Assembly: GCA_039814545.1 (NCBI GenBank)
Contig: JBCCBB010000004.1
Coordinates: forward strand, 994 to 64,993
Reading direction: 5' to 3'
DNA from: Pseudomonadota bacterium
Lineage (GTDB): Bacteria; Pseudomonadota; Gammaproteobacteria; Steroidobacterales; Woeseiaceae
DNA length: 64,000 nucleotides
Made by a program: the position numbers and the translations under genes. The notes below the pieces were generated by a model. The model saw nothing but the letters and a program-made list of their open reading frames with translations, made no database searches and was not told the DNA's origin. Shown here in pieces: positions 19,201 through 26,555 of this stretch. Within the stretch, counting starts at the first letter, position 1, and each line of letters begins with the position of its first letter.

Positions 19201-19216
19201 TCGCGGCGACCGCTAA
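13262..19216 (+). CDS. Giant (1984 aa) multidomain outer-membrane protein: Ig-like/Cna-B-like/DUF11-like modules, internal OmpA-like domain, very large C-terminal beta-rich (barrel-like) region
   Basis: Alternative GTG starts at 13355 and 13361. Signal-like segment [22 protein letters not shown]. Cna-B/CarboxypepD_reg-like: [20 protein letters not shown] and [25 protein letters not shown]. DUF11-like: [27 protein letters not shown]. OmpA-like: [21 protein letters not shown] (nt ~15587-15940). Invasin-Big-like: [24 protein letters not shown]. About 820 aa of amphipathic strand-like sequence follows, from nt ~16760. Confidence 0.85.
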   Translation: [1984 protein letters not shown]

Positions 19217-19243
19217 CGCCCGGGGCGCGGTATAGTGCGCGCC

Positions 19244-21169
19244 ATGACCGACCTCGACGACCTGCTGGCCAGTGATGGCGCCGTCGCGCGCGCCATTCCC
19301 GGCTATCAGCCGCGCCTGTCGCAGCGTCTTATGGCCGAAGCCGTCGATGTGGCCATGGCCAGCCGGGAACACCTCGTGGTCGAGGCGGGCACCGGCACGG
19401 GCAAGACGTTCGCCTACCTATTGCCCGCGCTCGTCGCCGGGCGTCGCACCATCATCTCCACAGGCACTCGCGCGCTGCAGGACCAGCTTTTTCACCGCGA
19501 CCTGCCCATGATCGCTGCGGCCGTCGGCCGACCCGTGAAGACGGCCTTGCTCAAGGGGCGCGCGAACTATCTGTGCCTGCACCGGCTCGACCAAGCCCTG
19601 ACGGATGCGGCGGCGCTGACCGGAAAGGAAGCGCGGGTTCTTTCCGAGTGGCGTGACATGACCCGGCGCGGCGACCGTGCTGAGGTAACGCAAATTCCCG
19701 AGGACGCGTCGGTGTGGCCGCGGGTGACCTCAACGGCCGACAATTGTCTTGGCCAGAAGTGCGCGTTCTACGAGGACTGCTACGTCGCACAGGCGCGTCG
19801 CGATGCGCAACGCGCTGACCTCGTGGTTGTTAACCACCACCTGTTACTGGCCGACCTGGCGTTTCGCGAGACGGGCTTTGTTGAGTTTCTGCCTGACGCC
19901 GACGCCGTGATTATTGATGAGGCGCACCAGTTGCCCGACACGGCGCTGCAGTTTTTTGGCGTCAGTCTGTCCACGCGGCAGTGCATCGATCTGTTTGATG
20001 AGCTCGAGGTCGACACGGCAGGGATTGGCGGGCCGCCGCTCGACGAGGCTATGCGGCGCGCCCGTAAGGCAGTGCTCGACTTGCGCGAGCAGGCGCCGGC
20101 CGACAGTGGCCGCTACGAGTTGGCCAACCTCGCCGGTGCCATCACGGCGCCGTTGTCCGAGTTCTCGGCGGCGCTCTCTGCGCTTCTGGAAGTGCTCGAC
20201 GGCATCGGTGTCGATGCGTCTGATGCGCTCGTGGATCGCGTGGTCAGGCTTGTGGACCGCCTTGGCATCATCGTCAACGACGACGACCTCGATGGTCTGC
20301 GCTGGGTCGAAGTGTCGCGCCGCAGCGTGCGTCTCAACATGACACCGCTCGACGTATCCGTGCGACTGCGCGCTGCCATGGACGCCACGGAGACGGCCTG
20401 GGTGTTCACCTCGGCAACACTCGCGGTCGGCGAGGACTTCTCGCACTTTACGAATCGCGTCGGGGTTGATGACGCGCGATGCCTGCGATTCGAATCGCCC
20501 TTCGATCTGGCGCGCAATGCGCGCGTGCTCGTGCCGCGCGATTTGCCGGCGCCCAACGAGCGCGGCTTCATGGGGACCTTGCTCGAAAGGACCGCACCAT
20601 TGCTCGCCGCGACAGCCGGCGGTGCGTTCTTCTTGCACACAAGCTATCGCGCGTTGGCTGAAAGCGCGGCGTGGTTCTCGTCGCGACCGGCCGTGCTCGG
20701 CGATCGGGCGTTGTACGTGCAGGGCGATGCCCCGCGCGACAAGTTATTGCAGGCGTTTCGTGCGGAGGGCAACGCCGTGTTGCTGGGCACGGGAACCTTT
20801 TGGGAAGGCGTTGACGTGCGCGGCCCGGCCCTGACGCTCGTGGTCATCGACAAGCTGCCCTTCGCGGCGCCTGATGACCCGATGCTCGTGGCACGCAGTG
20901 CCTGGTTGCGTGCCAACGGCCGTAACCCGTTTCGCGACTACCAGTTGCCGCAGGCGGTACTCGCGCTCAAGCAGGGCGTGGGGCGGCTGCTTCGGGACAC
21001 GGCCGACTACGGTGTGGTCGTGCTCGGAGATCAGCGACTGCACGGCAAGTCCTACGGACGCCTGTTTCTCGATGCGGTTCAGCCCATGCCAGTCGTCGAT
21101 GACCTGGCCGCGGCCGAGGCGTTTCTTGCGGCGCGCGAAGGTGCGGACAGCGAACGCGTGGCGTCGTAA
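19244..21169 (+). CDS. yoaA: ATP-dependent DNA helicase, DinG/Rad3 family, YoaA-like
   Basis: I chose ATG 19244 (MTDLDDLLASDGAVARAIPGYQPR..) because it mirrors the E. coli YoaA N-terminus; the track start is GTG 19235. Walker A is EAGTGTGKTFAYLLP, the DEAH box is IIDEAHQL, and the Fe-S cysteines are CLH..CLGQKCAFYEDC. Confidence 0.85.
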   Translation: MTDLDDLLASDGAVARAIPGYQPRLSQRLMAEAVDVAMASREHLVVEAGTGTGKTFAYLLPALVAGRRTIISTGTRALQDQLFHRDLPMIAAAVGRPVKTALLKGRANYLCLHRLDQALTDAAALTGKEARVLSEWRDMTRRGDRAEVTQIPEDASVWPRVTSTADNCLGQKCAFYEDCYVAQARRDAQRADLVVVNHHLLLADLAFRETGFVEFLPDADAVIIDEAHQLPDTALQFFGVSLSTRQCIDLFDELEVDTAGIGGPPLDEAMRRARKAVLDLREQAPADSGRYELANLAGAITAPLSEFSAALSALLEVLDGIGVDASDALVDRVVRLVDRLGIIVNDDDLDGLRWVEVSRRSVRLNMTPLDVSVRLRAAMDATETAWVFTSATLAVGEDFSHFTNRVGVDDARCLRFESPFDLARNARVLVPRDLPAPNERGFMGTLLERTAPLLAATAGGAFFLHTSYRALAESAAWFSSRPAVLGDRALYVQGDAPRDKLLQAFRAEGNAVLLGTGTFWEGVDVRGPALTLVVIDKLPFAAPDDPMLVARSAWLRANGRNPFRDYQLPQAVLALKQGVGRLLRDTADYGVVVLGDQRLHGKSYGRLFLDAVQPMPVVDDLAAAEAFLAAREGADSERVAS

Positions 21170-21171
21170 CG

Positions 21172-21852
21172 ATGAAACCCTTGCTGGCCATAGAGACTTC
21201 GACCGTCGCCTGTTCGGTGGCGGTGGGCGGTGCTGAAGGCACAGCACTGCAGGAACGGCACGAGCCAGGCGCGCACGCGAGCCATATTATGGCCATGATC
21301 GACACGGCGCTCGAGGATGGCGGTATCGAGATGAACGCCCTGGGTGGCATCGTCTACGGTCAGGGGCCGGGCTCATTCACCGGTGTACGGATTGCCGTTG
21401 CCCTGGCGCAGGGTCTTGCCGCGGGTCTGTCGGTGCCAGTGCTGGGTGTCTCAAGCCTTGCGGTACTGGCACAGGTGGCCGTGGCTGCGAACCCGGGGCG
21501 GGCGCTGCTTGTCGTGCAGGACGCGCGAATGGGCGAGGTCTACGCCGGTACCTACGCGCCCAATGTCGCGGGCATCGTTCGCGCAACAGGTGCGGACCGT
21601 CTGCTTGAACCTGATGCTGTGACCGCGCTCAAAGACGGCGTCGTACTGGGCGGTGCCTTGCAATCCATGCCGGCGCTTGCGGCGCGGCTTGAAGATTGCG
21701 GCATGATGACAGCCCCGGAGCTTATGTTGCCCTCAGCGCGCGAATTGCTCGTTCTGGCGCGTGCGGCCGGCGACACGGGCTGGACGCCAGCGGCAAACGC
21801 GGCCGCGGTGTACCTGCGTCAGCAGGTGGCTACAGCCAAGCCGGCCGGATGA
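21172..21852 (+). CDS. tsaB: tRNA threonylcarbamoyladenosine biosynthesis protein TsaB
   Basis: LLAIETSTVACSVAV at the N-terminus and GPGSFTGVRIAVALAQGLA are typical of TsaB/YeaZ. Length is 226 aa. Confidence 0.85.
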   Translation: MKPLLAIETSTVACSVAVGGAEGTALQERHEPGAHASHIMAMIDTALEDGGIEMNALGGIVYGQGPGSFTGVRIAVALAQGLAAGLSVPVLGVSSLAVLAQVAVAANPGRALLVVQDARMGEVYAGTYAPNVAGIVRATGADRLLEPDAVTALKDGVVLGGALQSMPALAARLEDCGMMTAPELMLPSARELLVLARAAGDTGWTPAANAAAVYLRQQVATAKPAG

Positions 21853-21861
21853 TTCCGGCTG

Positions 21862-21879
21862 CTGTAACATCGGTGTAAC
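21862..21879 (+). promoter_or_regulatory. Pho-box-like direct repeat upstream of phoB
   Basis: CTGTAAC-ATCG-GTGTAAC is two 7-bp repeats with 11-bp periodicity, close to the consensus CTGTCAT-N4-CTGTCAT. It sits about 40 nt upstream of the phoB ATG, and a TGTAAT follows at about 21890. Confidence 0.55.
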
Positions 21880-21919
21880 GTCATATCGTTGTAATACCGG
21901 CGTCAATGGTGTCCGAGCC

Positions 21920-22618
21920 ATGAAGATGAGCGGACCACGCATCCTAATTGTTGAAGACGAAGCAGCCATCAGTGACATGGTGGCGTTTCATTTGTCGCGT
22001 TCCGGTTACGACGTCGTGCAAGCGGCGGACTGTGAGACGGCGCGCGCCAAGCTCGCCGACCAGGGCGCCGATCTCGCCATCGTCGACTGGATGCTGCCCG
22101 ACATGAGTGGCCTGGAACTCGTGCGGTCTCTGCAGCGTGATCCGCAGTACGAAGATCTCGCCATCATCATGCTGACGGCGCGTGCCGATGAGCAGGACAA
22201 AGTGCGTGGCCTCGACAGCGGGGCCGACGACTACATGACCAAGCCTTTCAGCTCGCGCGAGCTCTTGTCGCGCATTCAGGCTGTGCTGCGTCGTTCGGCG
22301 CCTGCTGCGGGCGAGCAACATACGGCCGGACCGCTCACGATCGACGCCGTCGGTCACCGCGTGTTCGCAGGCGACGCCGAAGTGTCGCTCGGGCCCAAGG
22401 AATATCGGCTGCTCAAGTATCTGGTGACCCACCCCGAGCGTGTCTACAGCCGCGCCCAACTGCTGGACCGGGTCTGGGGAGCCAACGTCTACGTTGAGGA
22501 GCGCACGGTCGACGTGCACATCCGCCGCCTGCGAAAAGCGTTGGAGCCCTACGAGGCGGACGGCTGCATTCAAACGGTTCGCGGCGCCGGCTACCGGTTC
22601 TCGGCCCGGAGCGACTGA
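21920..22618 (+). CDS. phoB: Phosphate regulon response regulator PhoB
   Basis: ATG 21920 (MKMSGPRILIVEDEAAI); the track ORF opens at 21761. Receiver motifs are DLAIVDWMLPDMSG and DDYMTKPF. The OmpR/PhoB winged-helix tail is VDVHIRRLRKAL..IQTVRGAGYRF. Confidence 0.9.
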   Translation: MKMSGPRILIVEDEAAISDMVAFHLSRSGYDVVQAADCETARAKLADQGADLAIVDWMLPDMSGLELVRSLQRDPQYEDLAIIMLTARADEQDKVRGLDSGADDYMTKPFSSRELLSRIQAVLRRSAPAAGEQHTAGPLTIDAVGHRVFAGDAEVSLGPKEYRLLKYLVTHPERVYSRAQLLDRVWGANVYVEERTVDVHIRRLRKALEPYEADGCIQTVRGAGYRFSARSD

Positions 22619-23928
22619 TGCCTGGCGCCTGGCGCAGTGTATTGCTGATCGTCGCCGGGACGATGGCTGCCGGACTCGGTGTAGGTGCCATTGTCGGCTT
22701 TCCCGTCGAGGGGCTCGCAATCGCGCTGGCCACGTTACTCGGCTACAACCTGTACCGACTGCTCGACCTTGAGCGCAGCCTACGGCTGCGTGAACGTGTT
22801 GAAGTACCTGAGGGCAATGGTGTGTGGTCCCGCGTGCTCGCAGGCGTGCGTTACCAGCAACAACGCGTACGCCGCCACAAACGGCGCGCGCGCGAAGTGA
22901 TGCGCGAAGTGCGCCAGTCGACCAACGCGTTGCCGGACGGCGTCATCGTGCTCACGCAGGAAAACGAGATTCAGCGTTATAACGCGGCGGCGCGCATGAT
23001 GCTCGGTCTGCGACGGCGTCGAGACCGGGGTCAGCGTGTTGATCATCTCGTGCGCCACCCGAACTTTGTGACCTACCTGTCAGCTGATGACTACGCGTTG
23101 CCTGTGACCATCCCATCGCCTGTGCGCGACGGGGGCTGGTTGAGCCTACGGCTTGTGCCCTACAGCGACGAAGGCCGTCTGCTCACCGTGCGCGACATCA
23201 CCGAGCGCACGCGCCTGACCCGCATGCGCCGCGACTTTGTGGCCAATGCTTCACATGAGTTGCGCACGCCGTTGACCGTGATTTCGGGCTATCTCGATGC
23301 GATGCGCGACGATCCGGATCTGGCGGCAGAGTGGGAAAAACCGCTCGAGGAAATGGGCCAGCAGGCCAACCGGATGCGGCAGATGCTCGACGAGCTGTTG
23401 GCTTTGTCACGTCTCGAGGCCAGCGCCACGGCACCGGCCGATAAGATCGTCGACATGCCCGGCGTGATTCGTGAGTGCGCCGCGTTGTTCGAAGGTGAGG
23501 ATATGGCTGTTGAGCTTGAGGTTTCGTCGCACGCCAATGTGCTCGGAGAATACGGAGAGCTCATATCCGTGGTCAGCAACCTACTCAGCAATGCCCATCG
23601 CTACGGCGGTGGGGATGCGCCGGTTGTCGTGCGCTGGTTCAACACGGAAACAGGCGCCGAACTCGTCGTTGAGGATCGTGGCGAGGGTATTGCGCCTGAA
23701 GACATTCCGCGACTCACGGAGCGCTTTTACCGCGTCAATCGGGGGCGCGGCCGCGACTCGGGCGGGGTGGGTCTGGGACTCGCCATCGTCAAGCACGCGC
23801 TCGCGCGCCACGATGCCGCGCTGAAGATCGACAGCACGCTTGGAGAAGGCAGCGCCTTCCGCTGCCTGTTCCCAACGTCACGACTGGCCGGTCCTGAGGC
23901 ACTACAGGCTGTGGGCGGCGAGCGCTGA
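22618..23928 (+). CDS. phoR: Phosphate regulon sensor histidine kinase PhoR
   Basis: The ATG overlaps the phoB stop (ATGA). H-box FVANASHELRTPLTVI, N-box LLSNAHRY, G-box DRGEGI..GGVGLGLAIVKH. One N-terminal membrane hairpin is present. Confidence 0.88.
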   Translation: MPGAWRSVLLIVAGTMAAGLGVGAIVGFPVEGLAIALATLLGYNLYRLLDLERSLRLRERVEVPEGNGVWSRVLAGVRYQQQRVRRHKRRAREVMREVRQSTNALPDGVIVLTQENEIQRYNAAARMMLGLRRRRDRGQRVDHLVRHPNFVTYLSADDYALPVTIPSPVRDGGWLSLRLVPYSDEGRLLTVRDITERTRLTRMRRDFVANASHELRTPLTVISGYLDAMRDDPDLAAEWEKPLEEMGQQANRMRQMLDELLALSRLEASATAPADKIVDMPGVIRECAALFEGEDMAVELEVSSHANVLGEYGELISVVSNLLSNAHRYGGGDAPVVVRWFNTETGAELVVEDRGEGIAPEDIPRLTERFYRVNRGRGRDSGGVGLGLAIVKHALARHDAALKIDSTLGEGSAFRCLFPTSRLAGPEALQAVGGER

Positions 23929-24042
23929 CGTCGGCCATTGAACCCGGCCGAACCCGGCAGGTCGAACTGCTAGACTCTCCACAAGCCCGCGCTTGCGACG
24001 GACATCACAGCAAGCCCGTGACATTACGGCGAAGGTATTTGA

Positions 24043-24756
24043 ATGCAGCCCGTTGATCTGACCCATCACATATCGAAGCGCTTCGAGAAAGACCTCGAGG
24101 AGCTGCGTGGCAACGTGCTCGCCATGGGCGGTCTTGTTGAGTCACAAATCTCAAAGGCCATCGAGGCGGTGGTGTCGGGCAATAGTGAGCTCGGCCTGCG
24201 TGTCGCGCACGATGACTACAAGGTCAATCGTTTCGAAGTCACGATCGACGAAGCCTGCAGCCGCATTATTGCAACGCGCGCGCCCGCGGCATCGGACCTG
24301 CGCCTGATCATGGCCATCATCAAGACCATCACGGACCTCGAGCGCATCGGCGATGAGGCGGAGAAGATCGGTTTTCTCGCGTCAAGACTTGCGAATATGG
24401 ATCGTCCCAGAGATTCGTACCGGGAACTCAAGACACTGGGTGCCCATGTCCGGCGCATGGTTGCAGCAGCGATGGACGCATTCGCGCGCCTGGACGTTGA
24501 GGCTGCTCTGGATACGGTGCGCGAGGACGAGTACGTCGACGAGGAGTACGAGAAGATTCAGCGTCAGTGCATCACCTTCATGATGGAAGACCCGCGCACG
24601 ATTCGTCGATTCATGGACGTGACCTGGGCCGCGCGGTCACTGGAACGCATTGGCGACCACGCAAAGAACATCTGCGAGTACGTGATCTACATGGTGCACG
24701 GGAAGGACATCCGCCATATCAACGTCGATGAGATTGATCTCGACGAACAGGACTAA
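24043..24756 (+). CDS. phoU: Phosphate signalling complex protein PhoU
   Basis: 237 aa. The duplicated PhoU motif appears as DLERIGDEAEKI and SLERIGDHAKNICEY. Confidence 0.9.
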   Translation: MQPVDLTHHISKRFEKDLEELRGNVLAMGGLVESQISKAIEAVVSGNSELGLRVAHDDYKVNRFEVTIDEACSRIIATRAPAASDLRLIMAIIKTITDLERIGDEAEKIGFLASRLANMDRPRDSYRELKTLGAHVRRMVAAAMDAFARLDVEAALDTVREDEYVDEEYEKIQRQCITFMMEDPRTIRRFMDVTWAARSLERIGDHAKNICEYVIYMVHGKDIRHINVDEIDLDEQD

Positions 24757-24759
24757 CGG

Positions 24760-25272
24760 ATGCCGATACTGACTCGACGAATGGGCAATGCGCTGACCGC
24801 GCTCGCGTGCTTTGGGCTACTGGCTTTCGCGCTGTACTCGCAGTACGTGCTTGAACTCTACCCATGCCCGCTGTGCATTTTTCAGCGGATCGCCGTTGCG
24901 GGTCTCGGACTCGTAACACTGATCGCGGCACTCCACAACCCCGCGCGCGTCGGCACCATCGTCTACACCATGCTGGCACTTGCGGCTGGCGGGTTGGGTG
25001 TCGGCCTCGCTGCACGCCATGTCTGGTTGCAAAATCTGCCGCCCGACCAGGTTCCCGCCTGTGGCGCCGGCCTGGATTACCTGCTCGACACCTTGCCACT
25101 CACGGGTGTCGTGCGGCAGGTGCTGACGGCATCTGGTGAGTGTGCGGAGGTGTCCTGGCGCTTCCTTGGCTTGACCATGCCCACATGGGTGGTGATCGCG
25201 GTCTCCGCGTTGCTGCTTTGGGTGCTCGTGGTCAACACCCGGCTGCCGCGACGTACCGCCCCGGCGTTGTAG
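24760..25272 (+). CDS. dsbB: Disulfide bond formation protein B
   Basis: 170 aa with four hydrophobic segments. The first periplasmic loop is YPCPLCIFQR (CxxC), and a second Cys pair (PACGAG..GECAEV) is present. Confidence 0.85.
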   Translation: MPILTRRMGNALTALACFGLLAFALYSQYVLELYPCPLCIFQRIAVAGLGLVTLIAALHNPARVGTIVYTMLALAAGGLGVGLAARHVWLQNLPPDQVPACGAGLDYLLDTLPLTGVVRQVLTASGECAEVSWRFLGLTMPTWVVIAVSALLLWVLVVNTRLPRRTAPAL

Positions 25273-25276
25273 GCCG

Positions 25277-26434
25277 TTACATCAGCAGGCGTTGCATGAC
25301 GCCTTCGTACATCGTTGCCAGCCTGCCGATATCGCTGATTTTCACGTGCTCGTTAATCTTGTGAATGGACGCATTCACAGGGCCGAGCTCGACGACGTCG
25401 ACGCCCGCCGGCGCAATGAATCGACCATCGGACGTGCCGCCGCCCGTAGAGAGCTCGGTGGTCAGGCCTGACACGTCGCGAATCGCTTCGGTTACTGCGT
25501 CGGTCAGCGTGCCGGGCTCCGTGAGAAACGGCTCGCCGGACAGGTGCCAGTCGAGCGTGCAGTCGATGCCAAATTCGCCGACGAGCGCCTCGACCTTTTG
25601 CTGGAGCTCTTTGAACGTCCATTCAGTCGAATAGCGGAAGTTAAAGCGCGCCGACAGGCTGCCCGGTGTGACGTTGGGCGCGCCCGTGTCCGAAACAACC
25701 TTCACCACCTGGAAGGAGGTGGGCGGGAAGTGGGCGTTGCCGTCATCGAGCGGCATCTGGACCAGTGCGTCGAGCACGGGTGCAAACGCGTGAATGGGGT
25801 TGCTCGCGAGGTGCGGGTAGGCAACGTGTCCCTGGATGCCGTTTACGGTCAGCATGCCAGACAGGGAACCGCGTCGACCGATGCGGATGCGGTCGCCTAA
25901 AACGGCTTCGCTCGACGGCTCACCAATGACGCACCAATTAATACGCTCGTCGCGGTCGACAAGAGCTTCGACGACCTTGAGCGTGCCGTGGCGCGCGGGG
26001 CCTTCCTCGTCACTCGTAATAAGAAACGCCAGTGAGCCCTGATGCTCGGGGTGGCGCGCCACAAACCGCTCAACGGCGACAACCATGGCGGCCAGACTCG
26101 CCTTCATGTCTGCAGCGCCGCGCCCGTAAAGCAGCCCATCGCGTTGCGTCGGCACAAACGGATCGCTGTCCCATTGCTCCAGTGGCCCGGGCGGCACCAC
26201 ATCCGTGTGACCGGCAAAGCACAATACGGGCCCGTCAGTGCCGCGACGTGACCAAAGGTTGTCGGTCGCAACCGCGCCTTCACCGAATGGCATGTGGGCA
26301 TTGGCGAATCCCAGCGTTGCGAGGCGCTCGGCAATGAGCGTTTGGCAGCCGGCATCTTTGGGCGTGATTGAGGGGCGTTGGATCAGCGCTTCCGTCAGTT
26401 CCAGCGCATCTTTGTCAAAGGTGTGTTCAGTCAT
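25277..26434 (-). CDS. dapE: Succinyl-diaminopimelate desuccinylase
   Basis: [46 protein letters not shown] and GRGAADMK are M20/DapE signatures. Confidence 0.88.
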   Translation of the reverse strand: MTEHTFDKDALELTEALIQRPSITPKDAGCQTLIAERLATLGFANAHMPFGEGAVATDNLWSRRGTDGPVLCFAGHTDVVPPGPLEQWDSDPFVPTQRDGLLYGRGAADMKASLAAMVVAVERFVARHPEHQGSLAFLITSDEEGPARHGTLKVVEALVDRDERINWCVIGEPSSEAVLGDRIRIGRRGSLSGMLTVNGIQGHVAYPHLASNPIHAFAPVLDALVQMPLDDGNAHFPPTSFQVVKVVSDTGAPNVTPGSLSARFNFRYSTEWTFKELQQKVEALVGEFGIDCTLDWHLSGEPFLTEPGTLTDAVTEAIRDVSGLTTELSTGGGTSDGRFIAPAGVDVVELGPVNASIHKINEHVKISDIGRLATMYEGVMQRLLM

Positions 26435-26493
26435 CAGGACTCAAAGCAAATCAGGGGGTTAAGCATGCCGCGGCGCGGCAAACGGGGCGTGGA

Positions 26494-26533
26494 CTGCAAC
26501 AAATCGGTAACGAAAGAGATTTATCCTTGTAAA
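26494..26533 (+). promoter_or_regulatory. Tandem Pho-box-like repeats upstream of pstS
   Basis: CTGCAAC-AAAT-CGGTAAC-GAAA-GAGATTT-ATCC-TTGTAAA keeps an 11-bp register and resembles the phoB-upstream repeat. It ends about 22 nt before the pstS GTG. Confidence 0.5.
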
Positions 26534-26555
26534 TCATCAATTTGAGTGGCCACAC

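Noticed and set aside
10443-19216. Classical chaperone-usher pilus, autotransporter or inverse autotransporter, or T9SS SprA-type system
   Set aside because: There is no PapD-like chaperone gene. The C-terminal beta region is far larger than a 12- or 16-strand autotransporter barrel. The domain order (passenger-like modules, then OmpA, then barrel) fits neither autotransporter class. No gliding or T9SS genes are present, and the context is gammaproteobacterial. I therefore report it as a candidate new system rather than assigning it to one of these.
19217-19243. GGCGCG-gtatagtg-CGCGCC hairpin after the giant gene as a terminator
   Set aside because: It has a short stem and no U-run, and it overlaps the yoaA start region. 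It is not a convincing intrinsic terminator.
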